A DNA stretch of 64,000 nucleotides, from the NCBI GenBank assembly GCA_963763835.1, contig CAVXQQ010000019.1, forward strand, positions 101,841 through 165,840, in the 5' to 3' direction. Positions 56,401-64,000 of this stretch are shown here, piece by piece. A program made the position numbers and the translations under genes. Position 1 is the first letter of the stretch. The number at the start of each line of letters is the position of its first letter. The notes under the pieces were generated by a model. That model saw only the letters and a list, made by a program, of their open reading frames with translations. It made no database searches and had not been told where the DNA came from. This stretch comes from Bryobacterales bacterium. GTDB taxonomy: Bacteria > Acidobacteriota > Terriglobia > Bryobacterales > Bryobacteraceae.

Positions 56401-58944
56401 GCACCGGCCAGCGTTACCAACAGCGCCACGGTCTCTACCAGCACCGCTCTCGATCCCACTACCATCTCCCAGCCCGCGGACCTGACTGTCGCTGCGACGC
56501 ACTTGGGCAATTTCACTCAGGGACAAACCGGCGCCGTCTACACCATCGTTGTGAGCAACCGCGGAGGGACCGCCACCAGCGGCAGCGTCACCCTGACCGA
56601 TACGCTGCCCGCGAAGTTGACCGCCACGGCGATGAGCGGCACCGGCTGGAGTTGCACCCTGGCCGCGCTCACCTGCGCGCGGACGGACGCGCTCGCCCCC
56701 GGCGCGAGTTTCCCGCCTGTCGCGCTCACGGTGAACGTCGCCGCAGATGCACCGGCCAGCGTTACCAACACCGCCACGGTCTCTACCAGCACCGCTCTCG
56801 ATCCCACTACCATCTCCCAGCCTGCGGACCTGACTGTCGCTGCGACGCACTTGGGCAATTTCACTCAGGGACAAACCGGCGCCGTCTACACCATCGTTGT
56901 GAGCAACCGCGGAGGGACCGCCACCAGCGGCAGCGTCACCCTGACCGATACGCTGCCCGCGAAGTTGACCGCCACGGCGATGAGCGGCACCGGCTGGAGT
57001 TGCACCCTGGCCGCGCTCACCTGCGCGCGGACGGACGCGCTCGCCGCCGGCGCGAGTTTCCCGCCTGTCGCGCTCACTGTAAACGTCGCCGCAGATGCAC
57101 CGGCCAGCGTTACCAACAGCGCCACGGTTTCCGGCGGCGACACGGCTTCGGACCCAACCTCGATCACCCAGCACCCTGACCTGACGGTCGCCGTCATGCA
57201 CTCCGGCAATTTCGCGCAGGGACAGACCGGCGCCGTCTACGCCATCACCGTGAGCAACGCCGGACCGGGATCGAGCAGCGGCACGGTGACCGTGATCGAC
57301 GCGCTGCCCGCCAAGCTGACCGCCACGGCGATGAACGGGACCGGCTGGACCTGTACCCTGAGCACGCTCACCTGTACCCGAACGGACACGCTCGCGGCCG
57401 GCGCGAACTACCCGGCCATCGCGCTCAGCGTAGACGTCGCTGTCGATGCCCCGGCGACCGCAGTCAACACCGCCACCGTCTCGGGCGGCGGAGAGACCAC
57501 CGCCAACGACACGGCCTCGGATCTGACGGCCATCGCGCCGGTCGTGGTCTGCAGCTATTCGCTGGGGTCCGAATACGGGACCTTTCCGGCCGCGGGCGGC
57601 TCCGGAACCGTCACCGTGACTGCCCCTGCCGGCTGCTCCTGGACCGCATCGAGCGCCCCCGAATGGGTGACTCTGACGGCACCGTCCTCCGGTTTCGGAA
57701 ACGGCACGGCTGGCCTCACCGTGGCCCCGAATACGGGGAGCGCTCGCTCGGGCACCATCGATGTCGCGGGACTCTCCTTCACCATTCAGCAGGTCGCCGC
57801 CTCGGCCGCTAGCGCCCGGTTCGTGCCCGTGGTGCCGTGTCGAATCGCGGATACGCGCGCCGCAGCGGGTCCCTTCGGTGGTCCGGTGATGGCGGCCCGC
57901 TCGACCCGCTCCTTCGCCATCCCCGAGAGCGCCTGCGCGATACCGGTCACGGCGCTGGCATACTCGCTGAACGTGACCGTGGTCCCGCAGGGTCCGCTTG
58001 CCTACCTGACGCTGTGGCCCGCCGACCAGGACCGGCCGCTGGTCTCGACATTGAACTCCTTCCAGGGCACGGTGGTCGCCAACGCCGCCATCGTCCCCGC
58101 CGGCACCGACGGCGCCGTCAGCGTCTACGTCACCGGCACCACCGATGTCATCCTGGACATCGACGGCTATTTCGACGCCGCCAGCGACTCGAATTCGTAC
58201 TCGTTCTATCCCGCCCAGCCCTGCCGCATTGCCGACACCCGCATGGAAGCCGGACCGCTGGGCGCGCCGTCCCTGCCCGCCGGCCAGAGCCGCGACTTTC
58301 CGGTTCCCTCCAGTTCCTGCGGGATGCCGTCAACCGCCACGGCTTACTCCCTGAACGTCACCGTGGTGCCGGATCCCGCGGTCCGCTACCTGGGTTATCT
58401 GACGACTTGGCCGGCGGGGCAACCGCGGCCCAATTCTTCCACCCTGAATTCGTGGACCGGCAAGGTGGTCGCGAATGCCGCCATCGTCCCGGCGGGCGAC
58501 GGCGGAGCCATCTCGGTCTTCGTCCCAAACCCGACCGACGTCATCCTGGACGCGAACGGGTATTTCGCCCCGCCCGGCAGCCCGGGTGCGCTGTCGTTCT
58601 ATCCGGTGACGCCGTGCCGCGTCGCCGACACGCGCAGCGCCGGCCCGACGATGGATGCCGGAACCTCGCGAGCGTTCTCGATTCCGGCCAGCGGCTGCTT
58701 CGTCCCCTCGACGGCCGCGGCGTATTCCGTCAACGTCACCGTGGTGCCCCAGGCGGCGCTCGCGTTCCTGACGGTGTGGCCCGCGGGATCGGAGCGGCCG
58801 CTCGTCTCCACCTTGAACTCGCTTGACGCGGGCGTGGTGGCGAACGCCGCCATCGTGCCGGCGGGCACGGATGGAGCTGTCAGCGTCTTCGTGACAGGGC
58901 GCACGGACGTGGTCCTCGACATCAACGGCTATTTCGCGCCGTAG
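53404..58944 (+). CDS. 1846-aa secreted surface protein: NHL-repeat propellers, six DUF11-type repeats, a BACON-like Ig domain and a C-terminal triple PCRxADTR cassette
   Basis: Signal peptide MTTSRFRRFRTLAALACAFAAPAWS. More than ten repeats of GDGGPA..A.L..P.GVAVD.AGNLYIAD..N.RIRKV (NHL type). The reading frame is uninterrupted. Confidence 0.9.
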   Translation: MTTSRFRRFRTLAALACAFAAPAWSQEYAISTYAGGAWPLLPAEGPSISVGYPRAVAPDGRGGVYFTSTGLNGAFKLDAAGSLTVVAGNGKPSSWFQNSPANGAYIGSPQGLAVDAAGNLYLADTDTNQIRKVDANGTLSTVAGGGHLDPGDGQQATLAQLFSPADVALDAAGNLYIAETRGRVRKVDTHGIITTVAGTGALVGSAINGKPAAQAHFSRPTGLAVDGAGNLYVADAALYYVYRIDPKGVITVAAGNGTLVFTPDGGPAASAGICPQGSLGADAAGNLYIPDTLTNSIRKVDAQGILTTVAGSPGSFGFGGDGGPATSAVLSSPQDAAPDAGGVLWIADSSNFRVRKVDAAGVIATAAGLSGWAYAGDGGVATSAMLSAVSGVALDPAGNLFIADTNNARIRQVSTAHIMTTVAGNGIIGNSGDGGPAASARLFTPSSVAVDSAGNVYFGDLGRVRKVDATGAIDTELTTTPGRTPAVAVDPSGNLYVADGDLVRKIDSYGTATTVAGTGTAGYSGDGGEATQAQLSNPTGTALDSDGNLYIADLGNARIRMVDPAGNIHTAAGNGTYGYSGDGGEATSAQLWDPAGVAVDSEGALVIADGSYVRRVDRMGIITTIASGLSGAVGIAAGAGIRLYVAESNNDVVRVLVPPIPDLVVAVTHSGRFAPRETGAVYAITVGNAGASPTSGTVTVSDTLPATFTATAMKGTGWNCTLARLTCTRANALDGGWNYPAITLTVNIAASAPANVTNIATVSGGGETYTANDTALDPTSVGLPADLTVAATHAGTFTQGQTGAAYTITVGNSGRGPTSGAVTLTDTLPAKLTATAMSGTGWNCTLATLTCTRTDALAPGASFPPVALTVNVAADAPASVTNTATVSGGEETNTANDTASDPTTVGTPADLTVAATHSGNFTQGQTGAVYTIVVSNRGGTATSGSVTLTDTLPPKLTATAMSGAGWNCTLATLTCTRTDALAPGASFPPVALTVNVAADAPASVTNSATVSTSTALDPTTISQPADLTVAATHLGNFTQGQTGAVYTIVVSNRGGTATSGSVTLTDTLPAKLTATAMSGTGWSCTLAALTCARTDALAPGASFPPVALTVNVAADAPASVTNTATVSTSTALDPTTISQPADLTVAATHLGNFTQGQTGAVYTIVVSNRGGTATSGSVTLTDTLPAKLTATAMSGTGWSCTLAALTCARTDALAAGASFPPVALTVNVAADAPASVTNSATVSGGDTASDPTSITQHPDLTVAVMHSGNFAQGQTGAVYAITVSNAGPGSSSGTVTVIDALPAKLTATAMNGTGWTCTLSTLTCTRTDTLAAGANYPAIALSVDVAVDAPATAVNTATVSGGGETTANDTASDLTAIAPVVVCSYSLGSEYGTFPAAGGSGTVTVTAPAGCSWTASSAPEWVTLTAPSSGFGNGTAGLTVAPNTGSARSGTIDVAGLSFTIQQVAASAASARFVPVVPCRIADTRAAAGPFGGPVMAARSTRSFAIPESACAIPVTALAYSLNVTVVPQGPLAYLTLWPADQDRPLVSTLNSFQGTVVANAAIVPAGTDGAVSVYVTGTTDVILDIDGYFDAASDSNSYSFYPAQPCRIADTRMEAGPLGAPSLPAGQSRDFPVPSSSCGMPSTATAYSLNVTVVPDPAVRYLGYLTTWPAGQPRPNSSTLNSWTGKVVANAAIVPAGDGGAISVFVPNPTDVILDANGYFAPPGSPGALSFYPVTPCRVADTRSAGPTMDAGTSRAFSIPASGCFVPSTAAAYSVNVTVVPQAALAFLTVWPAGSERPLVSTLNSLDAGVVANAAIVPAGTDGAVSVFVTGRTDVVLDINGYFAP
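55384..57540 (+). repeat. six tandem DUF11-type (conserved repeat domain) coding repeats of ~116-124 aa
   Basis: PDLTVA..H.G.F.QGQTGA.Y.I.V.N.G...TSG.VT..D.LPAKLTATAM.GTGW.C.L..LTC.R.D.L..GA..P...L.V.V...AP. Units 4 and 5 (56470-56817 and 56818-57168) are almost identical at the DNA level. Confidence 0.8.
57814..58941 (+). other. triple C-terminal module cassette, collinear with 35260-36396
   Basis: ARFVPVVPCRIADTR..., YSFYPAQPCRIADTR... and LSFYPVTPCRVADTR..., ending NGYFAP*. Confidence 0.7.
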
Positions 58945-58955
58945 GTGCCGCTTTT

Positions 58956-59057
58956 GTGGCGCAGGCACTCTTGCCTGCCGCCTCGACAATCGTGTCGAGG
59001 CGCTCTTGTTTGCGCCGAGAAAAGTCCCGACGCGGCAGGCACAAGTGCCTTCGCCAC
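58956..59057. repeat. family A palindromic element (right half diverged)
   Basis: GTGGCGCAGGCACTCTTGCCTGCCGCCTCGACAATCGTGTCGAGGCG...GCCTTCGCCAC, beginning 12 nt after the stop of the 1846-aa gene. Confidence 0.7.
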
Positions 59058-59097
59058 GGTCTGGCCCCTAGGCAGCCGTTGGGTTATGGTCCGCCCC

Positions 59098-60009
59098 CTA
59101 CTCGTCCAACATCGGCGAGCAGCACGGTTTCTGGACCGGTTTCGGCTCCATCAGCTCGCCGCGCGTCAGGTTCGGATCGTAGAGATTGAGCTGCCACTTG
59201 CCGTCGCGGCCGATCTTGGGCCCCTCGCCGATCTTCATGTCGCGCGCGAGCAGCGTCTTGTAGCTCGCCTCCACGCTCGGCACGATCAGGCACAGGTGGT
59301 TCATGACACCCAGCGTTCTGGGATCCGGGTTGTGCACCTCGAGCATGTACTCCAGGTGGTCCAATCCATTGGGCACCCGCATGTCGACCCACTGGGTGGG
59401 GCCGTCGTCCTTCATCCCGCCGTGCCAGACGTCGTGGAAGCCCAGGATGTCTTTGAACAGGCGGTCGGCGGCGGCCTGGTCGCGCACCGTGAAGCCCACG
59501 TGGCCGATATGCTCTGAGATCCGCGTCCTTGGCAGGAACTTGCCGAAAGTGCGCCCCAGCGCCCCGGTGGGTACGTACTGGACGAACTCCACCGTGTGGC
59601 CGTCCGGGTCGTTGATAGTGAAACTCAAATCCCCATCCGGGAGCGTGCGAAGCGCGTCGGGGACCGTAACGCCGTGGCTCGACAGGTAGACGCGCAACTT
59701 CTCCGCATCCGTGGTTTCGAACGCGACGTGCGACAGCCGGTCCTCCGTTTCGCTCTTCAATCCCGGAAACACCTCGATGTACTGGTGATCGTTCACCTTG
59801 AAGTACGTCACCTCGATGCTGCCGTCGGGGTTCGTGATCTTGAAAGGCTCGTCAAAGCCGAGATACTTTCCGTAATAGTCCCGCGCGGCGGCGAGGTCGT
59901 TGGTTTTGAGCGCAATGTGCGCGACGCCCAAAATGGGAGGGCGTTGCTGCGCGAAGGCTCCGGCGGAGAGAGCCAGCATGAGAATCGCCGAGGAGATCAG
60001 ACGCACCAT
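59098..60009 (-). CDS. secreted VOC-family (glyoxalase/bleomycin-resistance/dioxygenase) protein, two VOC modules
   Basis: Start at MVRLISSAILMLALSAGAFA (60009). GVAHIALKTNDL...HVAFET and IGHVGFTVRD...NHLCLIV. The upstream codons of ORF 59098-60123 come from repeat E. Confidence 0.8.
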   Translation of the reverse strand: MVRLISSAILMLALSAGAFAQQRPPILGVAHIALKTNDLAAARDYYGKYLGFDEPFKITNPDGSIEVTYFKVNDHQYIEVFPGLKSETEDRLSHVAFETTDAEKLRVYLSSHGVTVPDALRTLPDGDLSFTINDPDGHTVEFVQYVPTGALGRTFGKFLPRTRISEHIGHVGFTVRDQAAADRLFKDILGFHDVWHGGMKDDGPTQWVDMRVPNGLDHLEYMLEVHNPDPRTLGVMNHLCLIVPSVEASYKTLLARDMKIGEGPKIGRDGKWQLNLYDPNLTRGELMEPKPVQKPCCSPMLDE

Positions 60010-60044
60010 AGCCCACAGTATAGTCCGTGGGGCGGGACCCATGA

Positions 60045-60172
60045 GGGACTTGCAGAAATCGCTGGGCAAGCTGAAGCATACCCCACGTGGGGCCGTAAAC
60101 CGTTGATGCGCCGTGTAGGACATGCTTCAGCTTGTCCCTTCCGCGGCGGTGGTGCGATTTCTGCAAGCCCCT
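60045..60172. repeat. family E composite palindromic element (full copy)
   Basis: Terminal inverted repeat GGGACTTGCAGAAATCGC...GCGATTTCTGCAAGCCCC encloses the inner inverted repeat GGGCAAGCTGAAGCAT...ATGCTTCAGCTTGTCCC. Confidence 0.75.
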
Positions 60173-60266
60173 CCCATGGACCGCAGCCGGCGCTCCCCGT
60201 CGGCCTGGTCGTGGCAAAGCGGGGCAAGCAGCCCGCGGGAGCGCTGCGCCTTCCGGAGATTTCACC

Positions 60267-63200
60267 CTATTGCCGCGCCACCAGCGGTTCAATGAACTTC
60301 ACCGGCCGCCGCACGTTGTACTCCTTGCGCCACGCGCGGTGCGCCTCGTCGTCCGGGAAGCGCTCCGTCGACGGATACGGGTACCGGCTCATGCCGTGGA
60401 ATGGCAGCGGCTCAACCGAATCCCCGAAAGCCGTGTTGGCGTCGGCGTCCTTCGACCAGCCGTCCACCAGCACCAGGAAATCCCGCTTCCAACCCGCCGC
60501 CAGCGCGGGCAGCCGAGCCGGATCGAAGCGCAGCCGGATCTCATCGCCCGAGCCCATGATGACGAACCGGTCATCGGCCCCCGCCAGCAATTCGCGCACC
60601 GAGCCGTAGCGCGTGTAGAGGCCCGGTACCGGGTTCCACATCGCGGCCGGCCGCCACTCGGAGTAGTCGTAATACTCGGGCTGTTCGTGCCTCGGATCGA
60701 CCACCGCGCGCGAGAAACCACGCAAGGTCAGATCGGCCGTCTGGGCGTCCATCGCCGTCAGCCGCGTCCGCGGCGCCGCCGTGTCCTCGCTCAGGTAGAT
60801 CTGGTCCCAGTAGACACAAGTGTTGGTCACGATGCGCACCGCGCGCGACGCCGACAGGAACTTGCCGGTGAGGTCGACCGCGATGGTGCGCGGCTCACCC
60901 GCGGGCACGCCCATATCCTCAATCACCGTGCGCCACTGTCCGGCGGCGTCCTTCACCTGGAGATAGGGCAACACCAGCCCGTCCTTGCTGCCCTGGGACG
61001 CTGCCATGAAGGTGCTCCCGTCCGCCCAATCTATCCAGCCGCTGAGCATCAGGACCGCGCGGTTGCCGCGCGCGGCGGCGGGCCCGAAATCGAGTTCGAG
61101 CGAGTGCATCTCGGCTACGCCCGCCATGTCGTGCCGGAAGCCGTCCGCGTACACGCGGTCGCGCCGCAGGACCTTAGCCAGCACGTCACGCCCCTGGCCG
61201 TCGCGCGCCGATACCGGCAAAATGCGCCGGCTCACGCCGAAGAGCCGGAATTCGGGGAACGGTGGCGACTTGAACTTCTCGTTGGTCACGATATCGACCC
61301 CGGCAGGATGATCCAGCGCGATCAGCCGCACCTGGTCGATGTACGAAACCTCGTGCAGCTCTTCGGCGATGCGGATCTCGTACTGGCCGTCGCGCAGTTC
61401 GAGCCGATCGCCGGGAATCGAGAGGTACTCGTGGCTCGACACCGGAAAGTAGCCGCCATCGCCGGAGCTGGCACCGAGCGGCGCCACGCCCAGCACATCG
61501 GCCACGAACTCGAACTTGCCTCCGTCCCAGGCAAAAACCATGGGGCAGGACCCGGACAGGCGCGGCGCCTCCTTGAGCTCCGCGGTCTGATCGAGCGGCC
61601 GGTCCGTTTCGTTCTGGATCATGCCATTCGCCCAACTGATGCGGATGGTGTCCACCGCTTTCTCCGGCCCCAGGCCGAACAGCAGCGGCACGCCCTCGTA
61701 CATCAGCTTCTGGTAGTGCTTTCCGGATTTGACCTCGACTTCGGTCCCCGGCCCCAGCTTCAGGTTCTTCACGCCAGCCAGTGCCACGCGAATCCACTGG
61801 TTCTTCGTTGCGGTCTCGTTGCGCAGCAGGTGGATGCTGCCATCCGAGGCGACCGCGGCCAGGTCGATCCGCCCGTCGTTCTCGAAGTCGGCGCGGGCCC
61901 AGGCTACAGCATCCGGGAAGCCACCGGGATTCTTTCCCGCTCCCACCTTTCCCAGACCCTGGTTCATGTAGACGGCGTCTCCGGCCACCATATCCGCCAG
62001 GCCCCGGTCTTCGAGATCGGCGAAAGCCAGCGCCGGAACGGCGGGCGCCGGTGTCGCTTCCGCAACCAGCTTGCCGTCGCGGTTCATGGCGAACTCGACG
62101 CCGTGCGAGCCCGAGAACGCCACGTCGATCCAACTGTCGTTATCGATGTCGACCGCCTGGAGCGAGCGCGCGCCGGCGGGGACCGCATCCACCGGAGCGG
62201 CCTCAAACACGGCCCGCATCTGGTCGCGGTAGAGAACCGCGCCGCGGCCGGCGTAGCTCACCAGCAGGTCGATGGTCTTGGAGTCCGGAATCAGGCGGAA
62301 TGCTAGCGCGTCCACAACCCGGCCCGCGGCGAAGGGGAAGTGGGCCGTGTAGTCCTGGAATCCGCGCTCGCCCTCGTTGCGGAGCAGGACGGACTTGTCG
62401 CCCAGCAGGAACAGATCGAGATCGTAGTCGTGGTCGAAATCGAGCCACACGGCGCGCTCGAACCGCCCCGTGGGAAGCTTCGCCGCCAGCTTCACGAACT
62501 TGCCCTTCACGTTGCGATAGAGCAGCGGGCCCTTCTCGGTGAGCACGCACAACCCCGCCAGTCCGCTGTTCTCGAAATCGCCCGCGGCCACGAATAGCAC
62601 GCCCTCGAGGTCGCTCAAGCCGGAGTCGGCCACTGGGTCCTTACCCTTGCGGTACAACCGGATTCCATCTTTCGACCAGAGCAGCAGATCGGAGCTGCCG
62701 TCGCCCGCGGTGTCCATCACCAACATGCCCGCGGTTTTTGGATCGGCCGTGCCGGCCAGCTTCGTGTCCGCGAATCGCAGCGTGACCGCGGACGCCGCGG
62801 CGGGCGCCGGACGCGCTTCGATGGGATCGTACAGTTCGGCGTAGAAGCACCACTCCATGTCTTCGGAGTCGTCGGCGGCCTTCTGGGCCTCTTTGGCTTT
62901 CAGGAACTCGGCCAGCGCCGCCTTAGCCTCCACTTCCTTGCCCATGAGCCGGTAAGCGTTGTAGATCTGGAAGCGCGGCGCCACCAGCTTCGAGTCGAGT
63001 TCCTTGGCGATCTCGAACTGCTTCAGCGCTTCCGGCTGGCGGTCCGTGAGGTTGTAGAGCAGGCCGAGGTTGTAATGGGAAACCGGCTCGGTGGGAACAA
63101 GCTTGACCATACCCTCGAACTGCCGGATCGCTTCCGGATACATGCCTTCGCGCTTGTAGGCGACGCCCAGGTTGAACCAGGTGTAGGGGGACTTCGGGTC

Positions 63201-63491
63201 CTGCTTCTGGGCCTTTTCGAGTTCCACCCGCCCTTCCTTGATGTTGCCCGCGCGCAGCATCGCCAGGCCGTAGTTGAGGCGGTCGCGGAACGAGCCGGGC
63301 GCCAGATCGAGCGCCTTCTTCAACTCGATGGCGGACTGGGGGACACTGGTCGGCGTCTCGTACAGCGCTTTGCCCAGGTTCCGATGGCGCCATAGCTCCT
63401 CCTCGCGGGAAGACGCCGGGCCGGTCCCGGCCAGCAGAATGACGGCGGCGCACACGATCGGCAGGGTCAAGGAAAGGCTCAGCTTGCTCAT
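60267..63491 (-). CDS. 1074-aa secreted TPR / FG-GAP(VCBS) / UnbV-ASPIC-like protein with an uncharacterised ~427-aa C-terminal region
   Basis: Signal peptide, TPR block (YTWFNLGVAYKREGMYPEAIRQFE), FG-GAP-like DFDHDYDLDL, DIDNDSWIDV and DFENDGRIDL, and UnbV-like VDTIRISWANGMIQNE. Confidence 0.85.
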   Translation of the reverse strand: MSKLSLSLTLPIVCAAVILLAGTGPASSREEELWRHRNLGKALYETPTSVPQSAIELKKALDLAPGSFRDRLNYGLAMLRAGNIKEGRVELEKAQKQDPKSPYTWFNLGVAYKREGMYPEAIRQFEGMVKLVPTEPVSHYNLGLLYNLTDRQPEALKQFEIAKELDSKLVAPRFQIYNAYRLMGKEVEAKAALAEFLKAKEAQKAADDSEDMEWCFYAELYDPIEARPAPAAASAVTLRFADTKLAGTADPKTAGMLVMDTAGDGSSDLLLWSKDGIRLYRKGKDPVADSGLSDLEGVLFVAAGDFENSGLAGLCVLTEKGPLLYRNVKGKFVKLAAKLPTGRFERAVWLDFDHDYDLDLFLLGDKSVLLRNEGERGFQDYTAHFPFAAGRVVDALAFRLIPDSKTIDLLVSYAGRGAVLYRDQMRAVFEAAPVDAVPAGARSLQAVDIDNDSWIDVAFSGSHGVEFAMNRDGKLVAEATPAPAVPALAFADLEDRGLADMVAGDAVYMNQGLGKVGAGKNPGGFPDAVAWARADFENDGRIDLAAVASDGSIHLLRNETATKNQWIRVALAGVKNLKLGPGTEVEVKSGKHYQKLMYEGVPLLFGLGPEKAVDTIRISWANGMIQNETDRPLDQTAELKEAPRLSGSCPMVFAWDGGKFEFVADVLGVAPLGASSGDGGYFPVSSHEYLSIPGDRLELRDGQYEIRIAEELHEVSYIDQVRLIALDHPAGVDIVTNEKFKSPPFPEFRLFGVSRRILPVSARDGQGRDVLAKVLRRDRVYADGFRHDMAGVAEMHSLELDFGPAAARGNRAVLMLSGWIDWADGSTFMAASQGSKDGLVLPYLQVKDAAGQWRTVIEDMGVPAGEPRTIAVDLTGKFLSASRAVRIVTNTCVYWDQIYLSEDTAAPRTRLTAMDAQTADLTLRGFSRAVVDPRHEQPEYYDYSEWRPAAMWNPVPGLYTRYGSVRELLAGADDRFVIMGSGDEIRLRFDPARLPALAAGWKRDFLVLVDGWSKDADANTAFGDSVEPLPFHGMSRYPYPSTERFPDDEAHRAWRKEYNVRRPVKFIEPLVARQ

Positions 63492-63529
63492 AGGCTTCTC
63501 AGCCGATTGTAGCGTGAGCCGACGCCGCC

Positions 63530-64000
63530 CTATTGTCTGCTGGACACCTCTACCCGCGGAAGCGCGCCGTTGTACTCGAACGCGGCGCGGTAGGCCAGGG
63601 AGACGCGGTGCGGTTCCGTGAAGACCGCGATCTCACTCAGAAGGAGCGGTAGCAGACGTTCCGCCACGCGGACGTGCATTCGAAGATCGGGCAGCGGGAA
63701 GCTCAGGGCGCCATCGGGCGTGGCGTGCGTGATCTCGACCATCGTGCCGGGGTGCGGCGCCCGCTCCGGGCCGACGATCAGGCTGGACCGCCCGCCGAAC
63801 CGCGGACAGGGGCCCGTCCCGACCGGATCCGGGCGGTCCGCAAAAGAGCGGATGCGGGAATCCGGATCCTCGAGATTGGGAAGCGGCTGCCCCAACGCTT
63901 CCTCCTCGCTGGCGTAGAAGCCCTTGCCCAAAGGATTGGCGGCGCCGCGGCCGCCGTAGGCATTCTCGTAAGTCAGGGGCATCGACACGAACTGTTGCGG
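63530..64000 (-). CDS. DUF2169-like protein, C-terminal part (gene continues beyond the right edge)
   Basis: MPLTYENAYGGRGAANPLGKGFY...GQPLPNLEDPDSRIRSFADRPDPVGTGP and ...ALSFPLP...VSLAYRAAF resemble the DUF2169 family. The frame is still open at 64000. Confidence 0.5.
   Translation of the reverse strand, partial: PQQFVSMPLTYENAYGGRGAANPLGKGFYASEEEALGQPLPNLEDPDSRIRSFADRPDPVGTGPCPRFGGRSSLIVGPERAPHPGTMVEITHATPDGALSFPLPDLRMHVRVAERLLPLLLSEIAVFTEPHRVSLAYRAAFEYNGALPRVEVSSRQ

Noticed and set aside
54643-57201. Very long antisense or alternative-frame ORFs, e.g. 54643-57201 (-) 852 aa, 60132-62306 (+) 724 aa, 29686-31782 (+) 698 aa, 29675-31735 (-) 686 aa, 42428-44191 (-) 587 aa, 13990-15444 (-) 484 aa, 38406-39638 (-) 410 aa
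   Set aside because: All lie opposite or out of frame to genes with clear family motifs. Their translations are Arg/Gly/Ala/Pro-rich low-complexity sequence, typical of stop-poor shadow frames in high-GC DNA.

Overview
High-GC bacterial chromosomal segment. The gene content suggests Acidobacteriota (inference only): giant NHL/DUF11 and Kelch surface proteins, a TPR-FG-GAP-UnbV protein, and a MacB/FtsX-type permease remnant. I found no rRNA, complete tRNA, CRISPR array, transposase, integrase or phage gene. Recognisable content: (1) a System I cytochrome c maturation operon ccmE-F-H-(2 extra genes)-A-B-C-D on the minus strand (19.5-26.3 kb), whose CcmE has Cys in place of the haem-binding His; (2) a glycyl-radical enzyme and its activase (41.4-44.8 kb), followed directly by glycoside-hydrolase gene remnants; (3) an amino-acid catabolic-looking cluster of DUF885, APC permease, DHDPS-like and FAD oxidoreductase genes (47-52 kb); (4) a pfkB-GT39-dapF-sugar dehydrogenase operon (30.4-35 kb); (5) two very large secreted proteins (1060 and 1846 aa) that share a C-terminal cassette of three ~125-aa PCRxADTR...NGYF modules; (6) hicBA, a stand-alone SIR2-like protein, two ABC systems and assorted hydrolases. 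Two features stand out. Almost every intergenic gap carries composite palindromic repeat elements, in several families, many bounded by GTGGCGCA...TGCGCCAC and built from hairpins with a GCTTCAGC apex. At least seven genes have broken reading frames, about 16 frame changes in all: eight in one symporter gene, five in ccmC/B/F, and none in about 17 kb of other long genes. This pattern could be either real gene decay or clustered assembly error; the sequence alone cannot decide. Several tandem repeats (7, ~18, 33, 45, ~50, 168 and 348 bp) are also present. All coordinates were derived by hand from the ORF track and the sequence. Family names are by-eye motif recognition, not database searches.
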